64,000 bases of DNA from an uncultured Verrucomicrobiae bacterium (GTDB lineage: Bacteria > Verrucomicrobiota > Verrucomicrobiia > Chthoniobacterales > JAFAMB01): positions 704,001-768,000 of the forward strand of contig CAWEXO010000011.1 of assembly GCA_963813025.1 (NCBI GenBank), read 5' to 3'. This document shows positions 18,777 to 29,628 of this stretch, piece after piece. The position numbers were made by a program, and so were the translations under genes. Every line of letters starts with the position of its first letter. The stretch's first letter is position 1. The notes beneath the pieces were generated by a model. The model had not been told where the DNA came from. It worked only from the letters and a program-made list of their open reading frames with translations, and did not search any database.

Positions 18777-19223
18777 ATGACCATGAAACCCGACCCAGTT
18801 ACACAGATTCGTGAAGCAAAACTCGCCAAAGGTTTGACCTGGGAACAGATCGCCGAACACGTGGGCAAGTCGCCGGTGTTCCTGACCTCGGCCTGCCTCG
18901 GAGAAAACAGCTTCTCGCGTGAAGACGCGGGTAAACTGTGCGCTCTGCTCGGCCTAGACGAGACGATTGTCCGGCATCTGCAGCAATGTCCGCTGAAGGC
19001 GCAGCGCTCTCTCGCTATCCCGCAGGACCCGCTGATCTACCGTTTTCACGAGATTACGCTGGTCTATGGTGAGACTATCAAAGAGCTTATCCACGAGAAG
19101 TTCGGGGATGGCATCATGAGCGCGATCGACTTCACGATCGACGTCGACAAAGTGGAAGATCCTAAAGGCGATCGCGTGAAAGTGACGATGTGCGGCAAGT
19201 TCCTCCCGTACAAGAAATGGTGA
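18777..19223 (+). CDS. cynS: Cyanate hydratase (cyanase)
   Basis: PQDPLIYRFHE, IHEKFGDGIMSAIDF, GKFLPY. Confidence 0.96.
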   Translation: MTMKPDPVTQIREAKLAKGLTWEQIAEHVGKSPVFLTSACLGENSFSREDAGKLCALLGLDETIVRHLQQCPLKAQRSLAIPQDPLIYRFHEITLVYGETIKELIHEKFGDGIMSAIDFTIDVDKVEDPKGDRVKVTMCGKFLPYKKW

Positions 19224-19226
19224 CTG

Positions 19227-19547
19227 ATGAAGGCGAGTGAGCAAATTCATGAGGCTGTGATGAGCTGGTCCGGTGTAACGGCGCGGCCTCATCGCTTCGG
19301 TGGCACCGAATATCGTTTGGAACGCCGAGAGCTTGGACACGTTCACGGGGATTACCTGATCGATATTCCGTTTCCCAAAAACGTTCGAAACGAACTGATA
19401 GCCGCGGGGTTAGCCGAGCCGCACCATATCTTGCCAGAAAGTGGTTGGATAAGTTTCTACATCAAACAAACCGACCAGGTGGAGGCAGCGATAGCATTGC
19501 TCCGTCGCTCGTACGATTTAGCGATCGCTCGGAAAGCCGCGAATTAG
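19227..19547 (+). CDS. DUF5519/luciferase-like family protein
   Basis: PHRFGGTEY, ELGHVHG, DIPFP, PHHILPESGWISF. Confidence 0.8.
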   Translation: MKASEQIHEAVMSWSGVTARPHRFGGTEYRLERRELGHVHGDYLIDIPFPKNVRNELIAAGLAEPHHILPESGWISFYIKQTDQVEAAIALLRRSYDLAIARKAAN

Positions 19548-19637
19548 AGCGTCTCTTTGACCCGAGGAATCCCGTTTGAAAAATTCGGGAAATGCCTTAT
19601 CGCAGCCGATGACCGGTTTCGGCTTCCCGGACAATCC

Positions 19638-20876
19638 ATGAGTGAACCCGCAGGTACAACTGAGCGCTCCAGACACGGTGACGCCAGCCTGAGCGAGGTC
19701 GAGACGGCGGCGAAGAAAGTCGAAATCTCCATCGTTATGCCGTGCCTCAATGAGGAGGGAACGATTGGCAAATGCATCGAAAAAGCACGTCGCTGGATCG
19801 AGCTCAGGCAGCTGGAGGCGGAGATTATCGTAGCTGATAACGGCAGCATTGACGCTTCCCGACAAATCGCGGCAGCCAATGGAGCCAGGATTTGTTCCGT
19901 GCCCGAGCCGGGCTACGGTTGCGCTCTGATGGGCGGCATCCAGATAGCTCGGGGCCAATATGTCATCATGGGGGACGCCGATGACAGCTACGATTTTTCG
20001 AACCTGGACGGATTTCTGGAAAAATTGCGAGCTGGCTTTGACCTCGTTCAGGGATGTCGCCTCGCTGCTGGTGGCGGCAAAATTATGCCGGACGCCATGC
20101 CCTTTCTGCATCGGTGGCTCGGCAACCCTTTGTTCAGCCTGCTGGCTCGGGTTTGGTTTGGTGCACCGATAAACGACGTCAATTGCGGTTTACGGGGGTT
20201 TTCGGCCAACTTTTATCGGACGCTCAATATGCAGTGTGCCGGAATGGAGTTCGCAGTGGAGATGGTGATAAAGGCCTGTCTTTCCGGGGCGCGCATGACT
20301 GAAGTACCAATTACCCTCCATCGCGACGGGCGCATTAATCAGCGGCCGCACCTGCGGACTTTTCGAGACGGCTGGCGCACCCTTCGTTTTTTTCTCATGT
20401 TCAGCCCGCGTTGGTTATTCGTCATTCCAGGGCTTATCCTCGTGGTGGTAGGGCTTTCGGCGTACGCGATTTTATTGCCCGGAACTTTTTTTATCGGCCG
20501 AATCGGTCTCGATATTCACACGCTGCTTTTTGCCGCGGCCCTGATTATTGTTGGATTCGATGCGGTTGCCTTTGGCTTTTTCACCCGGGTCTTTGCAGCT
20601 TCGGCCCGGTTGATGCCGGGCGAATCTGTTTTCAATCGGTTGAACGAACAATTGACGCTCGAGATCGGGCTGATCGGATCCGCGCTGTTTTTGTCGATCG
20701 GAGCGATCCTTGCTCTCGTGGCGTTTCTCCACTGGCGCGCCACTGATTTCGGGGCTCTGGATTCTGGCGCGTCTGTTCGTTTAGTCGTGAGCAGCACGAC
20801 GCTGCTTATCCTGGGTTTCCAAATGGCATTTGCAACGTTTTTTCTAAGTATTCTCAACCTGCAGCGCCGCGGATGA
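19638..20876 (+). CDS. GT2 glycosyltransferase, polyprenol-phosphate sugar synthase-like, with C-terminal TM helices
   Basis: ISIVMPCLNE, ADNGSID, GYGCAL, MGDADDSYD, RTFRDGWRTL. Confidence 0.92.
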   Translation: MSEPAGTTERSRHGDASLSEVETAAKKVEISIVMPCLNEEGTIGKCIEKARRWIELRQLEAEIIVADNGSIDASRQIAAANGARICSVPEPGYGCALMGGIQIARGQYVIMGDADDSYDFSNLDGFLEKLRAGFDLVQGCRLAAGGGKIMPDAMPFLHRWLGNPLFSLLARVWFGAPINDVNCGLRGFSANFYRTLNMQCAGMEFAVEMVIKACLSGARMTEVPITLHRDGRINQRPHLRTFRDGWRTLRFFLMFSPRWLFVIPGLILVVVGLSAYAILLPGTFFIGRIGLDIHTLLFAAALIIVGFDAVAFGFFTRVFAASARLMPGESVFNRLNEQLTLEIGLIGSALFLSIGAILALVAFLHWRATDFGALDSGASVRLVVSSTTLLILGFQMAFATFFLSILNLQRRG

Positions 20877-21559
20877 AAGCCTACTTCGACGACTTCGCGC
20901 AGAACTACGAGAGAGTCCTTGAGCAAAGCTTAAGCGTCACCGGCGAAATGGCCGGCTTTTTTGCGAAGGCGCGGGTGATTCTGACTAGAAATATTCTGGA
21001 GCAGATGCATGCCCATCCCAGATCAGCAATTGATTTCGGCTGCGGGATTGGTACTTCGGTTCCGCTTCTGCAGAAGCTCATCGGACTAGAAGAGGTTATC
21101 GGGATCGACGTTTCGCGGGAAACCCTCGCCGAAGCGGCCAAGAGGCATCCTCAAGTCCACTTTTCCGTGCCCGGAGATTTCTCGGGATCGGTGGATCTTG
21201 TTTTTTCCAACGGAGTATTTCACCACATCGAGCCGGCGGATCGGCCTGCTGCGCTTGCCTTTATTCGGCGCGTTCTGCGCCCCGGCGGCCGCTTGGTGCT
21301 TTGGGAGAACAATCCGTGGAATCCTGGAACCCGATTCATCATGAACCGTTGCGAGTTCGATCGAGATGCTCATCTCCTTTCGATACCGTATGCTGCCCAA
21401 TTACTAAAGGCGGCTGGCTTTGCGATCCGGAGACGGACGTCGGCCTTCTTTTTTCCCCGTTGGCTGGCCGCGTTTCGTTTTCTGGAACCGTTCCTGGCCG
21501 GATCATTGCTGGGCGGGCAATACGCCCTTTTCGCGGAGAGCGGCTCAGGACGCCGTTAG
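20873..21559 (+). CDS. Class I SAM-dependent methyltransferase
   Basis: IDFGCGIG, VFHHI, LRPGG, ENNPWNP; ATGA overlap with GT2. Confidence 0.92.
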   Translation: MKAYFDDFAQNYERVLEQSLSVTGEMAGFFAKARVILTRNILEQMHAHPRSAIDFGCGIGTSVPLLQKLIGLEEVIGIDVSRETLAEAAKRHPQVHFSVPGDFSGSVDLVFSNGVFHHIEPADRPAALAFIRRVLRPGGRLVLWENNPWNPGTRFIMNRCEFDRDAHLLSIPYAAQLLKAAGFAIRRRTSAFFFPRWLAAFRFLEPFLAGSLLGGQYALFAESGSGRR

Positions 21560-21561
21560 AC

Positions 21562-23221
21562 ATGGAGCGGCACAGGAAAATTGGCGCACTGGTTTGGCGC
21601 TGGCTGATGATTGTTTTGCGCTGGGTCGGGAACCGTCCGGCATTCTGTTTGAGTCTGCCATCGGTCTATCTCCTTTTGAGCTATCCGCCGCTGTGGAAAG
21701 ACATTGATGCCTTGGCGCAGATTATCGAGCCTGCTTCAGTCACGAATATCTACCACTTTCCAGCGCTGTACTGTTTTCTTTCCCGCATCCCGATCTGGCT
21801 GGGAGACCTGCTCCAGCGGCCTCACTGGCCCAATTTATTAAGTCGGCAGTACCCGACTCTGGCTGGCCTCTACCTGTTGATTGCTTTGCAGCAGGCGGCT
21901 CTCGTGACGAGCCTTGTTCTCTTGGCGCGGACCGCTGGACGAAACCCGGTTGGTCGCGGACTCATTGTTCTGCTGCTCGCGAGCGGTTCTGGTTTATACG
22001 TGCAGGCGCAGACTTGCGGTTCGGAAGCGTGGGGGCTGATCGCGCTGGTCCTGGTATATGCCTTTGGTTTGAGGCTGTTCCGCCGAGAGACTGCAAAACG
22101 GCTGATGTGGATCGGGTACACCGGCGCGCTGCTAATCGCGACCGGTTCCAGGCACATCGACATGCTCCTCGGGTGCTGGTTGATCGTGCTCTTTGTTTTG
22201 TCCGGGCTTAGTCCAGGTGGCAATGGATTCGCTGACTCGTGGCCGTGACCGGGAATTTAAGGAGAGTGAGGACAACGCTCGGTTCAATCGGCGAGCCGAA
22301 GTTCACCACTGCTTCGTCGGCGCTGCGCTGGCTCTGATTTGCTTCGTGGCGGCACTCGGACTCAACGGGGCCATTTCGTTCGCCTTTGCGCGTGTTGCCC
22401 AGGTCGAGCCGCGGACGACCTTAGGGCGAACTTTGAGCGACCGGCTTAAAATTTTCCTCGAAGCCTGTTCGCCGGCCGAGCGGAATCTGATCGCAAATCG
22501 AGTGGCTGCGAGCGTAACGGATCCCGATGTCAAAGCTGCCGTGCTGGATCAGAATGTGATCGGCAGCTTTTACGACGGTACCGAACGGGCAATCGTCACG
22601 CGGCTGGCGGCAGAGGGTTATCAGGGAGAAGCACTCGGAGCGAAGACCGATCGGGTTATCCTGGCATCCTCGCTCGCCTACTACAGAAGCCTCCACCCGA
22701 AGTTGATCGAGGTTATTTGGCGCGATTTCTGGAAGGGTCTTGCTCGCGGAAACAATTCCGGGCTAGCCGCCGCGCCTTTTGAGCACAACCGGTTCGTCGC
22801 CGAAACGCGCTCAGCCGACCCGTCACTTTGGAAACCACTCGTGATTCTGCCGACAACTTTCGCGCCAGCCGCGCTGGTCCTGCAGCAGCGGGCCAGCAAA
22901 GACGTTTATTTAGGTTTCGGAAACCATTGGCGGTTTGGCTACCTTCTTCTCGCCGCCGCGGTTGCCGCGATTATCTTAACAATTTGGCGGGGCGCTGGTC
23001 TGAGAGTTGGCCTCCCGGTTTTGACTATTCTGGTAACCGGATTTGTGGTGTTCGGGGCAACGATGATCTGTGTTTATTACATGGAGCGTTACACAATACC
23101 TCTGGAAGTCTCGGCCTTAGCCGCTTTGAGCCTGGTCATTGGTGAGATTTGTGACTGGCCGGTCCATGGCGCCAGATCAACCGTGCGCTCCGCAGAGGAT
23201 TTTGTTTCGCAAGGCAGATGA
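21562..23221 (+). CDS. Polytopic membrane protein, GT-C-like (paralog 2), frameshift near 22200-22250
   Basis: ORFs 21562-22248 and 22193-23221 together align by eye with paralog 1 (PPLWKDIDALAQ; SLAYYRSLHPKLI; ERYTIPL). Confidence 0.7.
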
Positions 23222-24840
23222 AGAGTGCCGGCGCTAATGACACGATATTCCGGAAAGTAGGTCAGAAAGGCCTTTTGATCGCTGTTCTGGCCGCTCCGTC
23301 CATCTGGATGCTGCTGCGCTGGCCGCCGTTGTGGCGGGATGTTGACGGATTTAACCAAGTCGCATCGACCTTTGCGCCAAATGGAATTATTCACTGGTTG
23401 CCGGGTTACTGTTTGTTTGGCCGGTTGATTCTCATCGTGGGAGGTGTCCTCGGTAGCCTGCTTTCCGGACATGGGCTGCCTTATCTCTCACTGGGCACCC
23501 CGACCCTCAACGACGCCGGGATTTACAGCTTGATCATCGTCCAACACGCACTTCTGGTCGGATCGCTCGTTTACCTGCTTTGTTCCCTGACGACCCGCTT
23601 TGGGTGGCAGATAGTTTTTGGGTTATTTCTTGTGGCGACGCCCTGGATGTACGCCTTTGCCCAGTGCATCGGAAGCGAAGCATTCAGCAATCCCCTCATT
23701 ATACTCTGCGCGGCCTGCGGCTGGCGTCGTTGCCGGGAAGACGGGACTAGCCGAAAAAACCTTCTTGTGTTTTTCGGCCTGCTGGTGGCGAGTTTACTGA
23801 CACGGCAGATCAATCTTCTACTGATAACCCTTTTACCGATCGCGCTGCTCTTGTTGATGCTGCTTCAGTCGGGATGGCCGACACGATCAGCGCCGACAAA
23901 TCGGTTCCGCGAAATGCTGCCGGTGCGCGGCAAATTCCTGGTCTTTGTGATCGCCGGATGTCTGGCCGTACTCACATCGTTCGGTATTCAAACCGTTTTA
24001 TGCTGGTGTTTTCGTGTCCCGTTTCGTTCAACGCTCGGCCGCACATTTGAATGGCGGCTCCGGTATTTGCGTGATTTTCCAGCGACTGATCGGACGGCAT
24101 TGCTGACCAGGATTTCCCGGAGCTTGAACGACCCGGTGCTTGTCGCCTCGCTTGCCGACCTGGACACATCGCTACGGGGTGGAGCATCCTGGGACGATCT
24201 CTTCTTACTCCACGACTTGCAGAGACGATTGGAGGCCGCAGGCATAAAAGATCAGCGGCAACGCGATTACCTGGCCGATCAAAAACTGAACCGGCTGGCC
24301 AAAGAATTCCTGCTGCCTCCTGAGCCGTCGCTGGTCCACGCCATCATGACGGATGTAAACCGTATTCAGTTTCTGACCCAGGCTCATCTTTCCAGAGGAC
24401 CCTTTGATGGAACTGTGGTGCTGGCCAACTTCCTTGCTGAGCCGCGGTATGCTCGGTTGCGCCGGTTAACCACATTTCAGCAGCCGGCGGAGCGCCTGGT
24501 GAGTCGCTGGGAACAAAGTCCTTATCTGCAGCTGCTGAACGGCATTCCGCTCATCTGGTTGGGGCCGATCACATTCGGCATTGCTTTCTTAATCCTGCGC
24601 CGGCGGAGCAGAACAACGCTGACGGGTTTTTCCTATGTGGTTGCGTTGCTGGTGGTCGGCGGCCTTTTCGCGGTCGGCAGCTTTTCAACGACCTGTTTCG
24701 ATGCGCGCTTTCTCTTGCCGACTTATTCCTTCTGGCAGATCGCGCTGATGCTGGCAATCGCCGTCAATCTGGATGCGAGCGCCAGCCGAGCAGAGACGAT
24801 TTCGCGCTTTCAGACGGCTCGGAGCACGGCCCTACCTTGA
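23218..24840 (+). CDS. Polytopic membrane protein, GT-C-like (paralog 3)
   Basis: PPLWRDVDGFNQ, HWLPGYC, CIGSE, RQIN, RFLLP; ATGA overlap. Confidence 0.7.
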   Translation: MKSAGANDTIFRKVGQKGLLIAVLAAPSIWMLLRWPPLWRDVDGFNQVASTFAPNGIIHWLPGYCLFGRLILIVGGVLGSLLSGHGLPYLSLGTPTLNDAGIYSLIIVQHALLVGSLVYLLCSLTTRFGWQIVFGLFLVATPWMYAFAQCIGSEAFSNPLIILCAACGWRRCREDGTSRKNLLVFFGLLVASLLTRQINLLLITLLPIALLLLMLLQSGWPTRSAPTNRFREMLPVRGKFLVFVIAGCLAVLTSFGIQTVLCWCFRVPFRSTLGRTFEWRLRYLRDFPATDRTALLTRISRSLNDPVLVASLADLDTSLRGGASWDDLFLLHDLQRRLEAAGIKDQRQRDYLADQKLNRLAKEFLLPPEPSLVHAIMTDVNRIQFLTQAHLSRGPFDGTVVLANFLAEPRYARLRRLTTFQQPAERLVSRWEQSPYLQLLNGIPLIWLGPITFGIAFLILRRRSRTTLTGFSYVVALLVVGGLFAVGSFSTTCFDARFLLPTYSFWQIALMLAIAVNLDASASRAETISRFQTARSTALP

Positions 24841-24882
24841 GCCTACCAATTCGAGTTTGCCTAGTGCTTCGATTTTTGCGGG

Positions 24883-25839
24883 TTAACTAAGGGCCTGTTC
24901 CTTCAGCGAACAACTGGCGTGTTCCAGTTCGCACAGGTAACGTTCTGCTTCCATCGCGGCCGCGCAACCTTCTCCAGCCGCCGTGATCGCCTGCCGATAC
25001 ACGGGGTCAGCGACGTCGCCCGCCGCGTAAATGCCGGGGAGGTTCGTTCGGGTGCCTTTCTTCCTCAAGAGATAGCCATTCTTATCCATATCGAGCTTCC
25101 CACGGAAGGGAGCGGTGTTTGGATTGTGGCCGATCGCGACAAAAACGCATCCAACCTCAAGCCGGCTCTCCTCCTCAGTCTGCACATTCTGCAGCCGCAC
25201 TGCCTGCATTTCGCCACGCTCGTCCGGAATGTATTCGGTAACAATGGTATCCCAGATCGGTTCAATCTTTGGATTGCTCAAAGCGCGATCCTCCAGAATG
25301 GCTGAAGCTCGTAATGTATCGCGTCGATGGATGAGATAGACCTTCGACGCAAATCGCGTCAGAAAGACTGCCTCTTCACAGGCAGTATCGCCTCCTCCAA
25401 CCACGCACACGGGCACATCTCGATAAAAGGCGCCGTCACAGGTTGCGCAGGAAGTCAAGCCGTGGCCGATCAGCCGGTTCTCGTTTTTCAACCCGAGCCA
25501 ACGAGCTGAGGCGCCGCTGGCGACAATCATCGCCTGGGTCGCAATCAAGTGTTCGTCTGTTTCGAGGAGATAATGCCCGTCGTGACGAGAGAACTCCTTG
25601 AGCTCAGCGTAGCGGAAGCGGGCTCCAAACTTCTCGGCCTGCCGATGCATCTTCAGAATAAGATCCGGTCCGTCTATGCCGTCCGGGAAACCAGGGAAAT
25701 TCTCGACGAGCGTCGTCGTCGTTAGCTGTCCACCTGGTTCCCGACCTTCGAGAACCAGTGGAGACAAATTCGCTCGGGCGGCGTAGATCGCCGCCGTCAG
25801 GCCAGCGCAACCGGTACCAACGATAACAACTTTTTCCAT
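24883..25839 (-). CDS. trxB: Thioredoxin-disulfide reductase
   Basis: GTGCAGLTAAIY, GGQL, CATCDG, GGGDTA, AAGDV, YRQAITAAG. Confidence 0.96.
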   Translation of the reverse strand: MEKVVIVGTGCAGLTAAIYAARANLSPLVLEGREPGGQLTTTTLVENFPGFPDGIDGPDLILKMHRQAEKFGARFRYAELKEFSRHDGHYLLETDEHLIATQAMIVASGASARWLGLKNENRLIGHGLTSCATCDGAFYRDVPVCVVGGGDTACEEAVFLTRFASKVYLIHRRDTLRASAILEDRALSNPKIEPIWDTIVTEYIPDERGEMQAVRLQNVQTEEESRLEVGCVFVAIGHNPNTAPFRGKLDMDKNGYLLRKKGTRTNLPGIYAAGDVADPVYRQAITAAGEGCAAAMEAERYLCELEHASCSLKEQALS

Positions 25840-25902
25840 GCTTTGTTTAAGTTCCACGAAATTATCAGGGAAGCAAAAGCCTGTATCGCTCACAAATCCC
25901 TG

Positions 25903-26009
25903 GGAGCAAGGAGCTAGGATCTAGAATTCGGCACCCAGGGAATTTGGCCGCTTCCTCCGAGATCCCGACTCTAAATCCTAGATTCTAGATTCTAGTTCCT
26001 TTCTTCTCC
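25903..26009. repeat. Inverted heptamer-repeat arms around a short spacer
   Basis: ggagcaa-ggagcta-ggatcta-gaattc versus taaatcc-tagattc-tagattc-tagttcc. Confidence 0.6.
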
Positions 26010-26082
26010 CAGAATGCCGGATTCGGGACAATTTGGTTTTCCTGCTCTTCCCAGATCGGTTAAGGGAGAACACTCCATTGGC

Positions 26083-27234
26083 ATGAAGGTTTGCGATCTG
26101 ACGCAGTTCTATTCCCCATTCAGTGGAGGGGTGCGCCGTTACCTCGAGGAAAAACGCCGTTTTTGCGAGCGTCATGGTCACGAGCACATCCTGATTGTAC
26201 CGGGACCAAAAACCGAGAAGCTCGAAGAGGATCGCGCGCGCACTTATTTTCTGAGAGCTCCCCTGATCTCGAGAACCTCACGATATCGAGCCTTGTTCGA
26301 TCTCAACGCGGTCGAACAAATTCTGGAGCGGGAAAAACCGGAAATTCTGGAGACAAGCGATCCGTATCAGATTGCCTGGAAAGCCCTTGCCTCCGGAGAG
26401 GCCCTGCGGATACCGGTCGTGGGCTTTTATCACTCCCACTTCCCCGAGGCTTACATGAGGACTGCGGCAAAGTATTTTGGCGAAACGGCCGAAGCCGTCG
26501 TCATGGAGATCGCCCGTCACTATGTTCGGGCGCTCTATAATCGCTTTCGGGCGACCTTTGTGCCTTCGGAAGCGCTGGCGGCGGTTCTGAAGAGCTGGGG
26601 GTTGAAAAACGGCGTGATCGTCGAACTTGGCGTGAGGACGGAGGTCTTTCATCCCGGAAAAGACAAAATGGCGACCAGGGAGGAGCTCAGGGTGCCCTCT
26701 GATCGATTTCTCCTGCTTTACGTGGGTCGTCTCGCGCCGGATAAAAACATCAGGACACTATTCCAGGCATTTGAGGAATTGTGCCGATACCAGCCTGGGA
26801 TGTTTCACCTGCTAGTCGTTGGCGATGGCCCCTCTCGAGAACGCCTGATGACACTTCGAAAGGAAACGCGGTCCGTCACCTGGCTCAGGTACTGTTCCGA
26901 TCCGGTTGCTTTGGCAAAGATTTATCGAGCTGCCGATCTTTTCGTGCATCCGAGCGTGCAGGAAACCTTTGGCCTGGTTGCCTTGGAAAGCCAGGCCTGC
27001 GGTGTCCCGGTCATTGGTATCCGGGGTAGTTATCTCGACCGCATCATTTTCACTGACCAATCTCACTGGGCGGCGGACAACTCCAGCTCATCGCTCGCGG
27101 AAGCCATTCGAAAGATGAAGCAGAGCGATCTGCAACAACTTGGCCATCAGGCCAGTGGGCGAGTCGCTACTCGCTATTCCTGGGAAAACGTCTTTCACCG
27201 GATGTTTGACATTTATGCCCAGATCAGGGTTTAA
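26083..27234 (+). CDS. GT4 (GT-B) glycosyltransferase
   Basis: SGGVRRY, YVGRLAPDKN, ETFGLVALESQACG. Confidence 0.93.
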   Translation: MKVCDLTQFYSPFSGGVRRYLEEKRRFCERHGHEHILIVPGPKTEKLEEDRARTYFLRAPLISRTSRYRALFDLNAVEQILEREKPEILETSDPYQIAWKALASGEALRIPVVGFYHSHFPEAYMRTAAKYFGETAEAVVMEIARHYVRALYNRFRATFVPSEALAAVLKSWGLKNGVIVELGVRTEVFHPGKDKMATREELRVPSDRFLLLYVGRLAPDKNIRTLFQAFEELCRYQPGMFHLLVVGDGPSRERLMTLRKETRSVTWLRYCSDPVALAKIYRAADLFVHPSVQETFGLVALESQACGVPVIGIRGSYLDRIIFTDQSHWAADNSSSSLAEAIRKMKQSDLQQLGHQASGRVATRYSWENVFHRMFDIYAQIRV

Positions 27235-27955
27235 GTCCTTTGTGGAAGGCGAAGTTCTTGCGCCAAAGTCGTTACACGTCCGGCGATATCAATCGAGCGA
27301 TCGCTCCATCGTCCGCCAGCTTTGTTGTGACACAGGCTTTCTGGGTAATCCCATCGACCCGGTGTTTGAAGATCGCGAACTGTTTGCCGACTTTTTGACC
27401 GGTTACTATCTGCGTCACGAACCGGATTCCGCTTTCGTGCTGACGATCAACGATGAGGTCAAGGGTTACCTGCTCGGTTCTCGGCGACCGTTGAAACATC
27501 AGATCTACAGCTTGCGCCAAAATCTGGTGTTGGCCGTAAAAGCAAGTTTCCGATATTTTTACTTAAACCGGGAATCAAAGCGTTTCCTGCACTGGATGCT
27601 GCTCAATGCCCCGCGCGAAGTGCCGGCGGCACCGCGCCGAACGGGACATTTTCATATCAACCTGCTGCCCGCAGCGCGCAGCATCGAAGGCTGCCGGCTC
27701 CTGCTCGAGACTTATCTCCGATTTCTTTACGAAAAAGGGGTTAAACGCGTTTATGGCCAGATGGTCACCTTTGACGATCGGCGTGGCTACAAGCTCTTCG
27801 AGCGGTACGGATTCAGGGTGATGAACCGGTCTGAAATTACCAAATACCGGCGTTTCACGTCCCGGAACGTTTATCTCTGCACAGTAGTCAAAGAGCTGGA
27901 AGGCCGCAGCGATCGTATGCTCTTTCCGGAACGCAAGGTGAAACAGACGGGATAG
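27215..27955 (+). CDS. GNAT family N-acetyltransferase
   Basis: VRRYQSSDR, VKGYLLG, HFHINLLP, LFERYGF; start approximate. Confidence 0.75.
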   Translation: MPRSGFKSFVEGEVLAPKSLHVRRYQSSDRSIVRQLCCDTGFLGNPIDPVFEDRELFADFLTGYYLRHEPDSAFVLTINDEVKGYLLGSRRPLKHQIYSLRQNLVLAVKASFRYFYLNRESKRFLHWMLLNAPREVPAAPRRTGHFHINLLPAARSIEGCRLLLETYLRFLYEKGVKRVYGQMVTFDDRRGYKLFERYGFRVMNRSEITKYRRFTSRNVYLCTVVKELEGRSDRMLFPERKVKQTG

Positions 27956-28215
27956 GGGCTTGGCTCGGGGTGCGGGGGAACCCGCTACGCAGCGATCGTC
28001 GCGGCAGGGAAATGTGAGAAAGTGAAGAGGCCCGCGCATCGTATCAAAACGGGACGGCCACGCGCGCAATTCGCTGGCGCACAACTGCCAGATCAAACGT
28101 CTCCGGCAAAGGCGTTTCGTACTGCGTCAAGACGCTTGGGGCCAAGTCCGGACTGGAAGCAGGCGTGAGGTCGCGTCAATGAGGAGGAGCGTCTCGATCT
28201 GGACGAGCAGGAGCT

Positions 28216-29628
28216 GGTAGTGTCCGCTTTTTTGTGTGCGGGTCGATTGGTGCTTTGCTGTTTAACTCCGGGCAAGTTGTTCTGAGGACGTCAGCTCGAG
28301 CCGGCGAGACCGCCCTCCAGGCGGTCGGTCCAGCGCCGGGCGAGCTGTGAGCAACGGGCTTTGGCGTTGTTCAAGTCCTCGGCAACAACTTGCCACTTTT
28401 CTCTTTTCTTTCTCCATCACAGGCCGGCTTCCGTTGCCAGAAAGCGCTCGCCAAATTGGATGGCAAACTGGGTTGCCGCCAACTTCCAGGTGATCGGCGG
28501 ATTTTTCCATTTCTTAGTGATGTTGCGTAAGGCGAGGTAAATCAATTTAGTCGCGGCTTCATCATTGGGGAAATGACCTCTGGTTTTGAGCACCTTACGC
28601 AATTGCATGTGCAAACTCTCAATGGCGTTGGTGGTGTAAATGATCCGGCGAATCTCCACTGGATAAGCAAAGAAAGGAACCACTTGGTCCCACACTCTTC
28701 GCCAGCTCTGGACCACAGCTGGTAGTTTTTTACCCAACTCGCTTGCGGCAAATTCCTCCAACCGTTTGGCAGCTAGCTCCGCCGTCTCGGCGTTGTAAAT
28801 GCGCTTCAGTTCCCGAGCCACGGGCTGATGCTGTTTCCAGTTACAGAAGGATAGTGAGTTGCGCATCAGATGCACAATACAGGTCTGAATTTGGGTCTCG
28901 GGAAAAACCGCGGTAATGGCTTCCGGAAAACCTTTAAGCCCGTCGATGACCGCGATCAAAATATCCTCCACCCCGCGGTGTTGAAGCTCGTTCATGACCG
29001 CTAGCCAGAACTTGGCTCCTTCGGTTTGCTGGATCCACAGGCCCAGCACCTCTTTGGTGCCATCACGCTGGATCGCCAAGGCGAGGTAAACCGCTTTGTT
29101 TTTCACGTTCCTTCGTCGCGGATTTTGACCCGTAGGGCGTCAAAGAAGATCACCGGATACATCTTCTCCAGGGGTCGGTTCTGCCACTCCAGCACGTCCT
29201 CCAGGACCGAATCAGTTACCGTGCTGATCAGATCGGCCGAGACCTCCACCTTGTATTGCTCTTCTAAAAACGCCTTGATCTCCCGCACCGTCATTCGTTG
29301 GGCGTACATGGCAATGATTTTGGAATCGAAGCCACCAAAGCGTCGTTGCCCTTTGCGAATGAACCGCGGCCCTTCTCATAACCCAGGTAATGGGTCATCT
29401 CGGCTCCAAGCACCCGTTCGTACAGGCGCTTGGTAAGTTGCTCCATGATCCCTCCCGGACCGGTCAAATCTTCCGGCCGCTCGTAGCCCTTCATCAGCTC
29501 TTCAATGATCGCCGGATCGATCTCCGGCTTCCTGCTTTGCTTCCCCTGCTCTGCTTGCTCTTTTTTCTTGGTCACTTCCATCTTCTTATCTCAGGTTGTG
29601 ACCCACACACAAAATTTAAGACACCCTC
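28216..29628 (-). mobile_element. IS256 family element (defective)
   Basis: Imperfect 27-bp IRs ggtagtgtccgcttttttgtgtgcggg / cccacacacaaaatttaagacaccctc; no clean target duplication. Confidence 0.8.
28417..29581 (-). pseudogene. IS256 transposase with internal deletion and frameshift
   Basis: Three fragments: LGAEMTHYLGY; YPVIFFDALRVKIR; DGLKGF, QTCIVH, YTTNAIES; the RNG...PRDR segment is missing near 29370. Confidence 0.9.

Noticed and set aside
18159..18860. ORFs across the hsp20-cynS intergenic region
   Set aside because: Translations are driven by tandem and REP-like repeats
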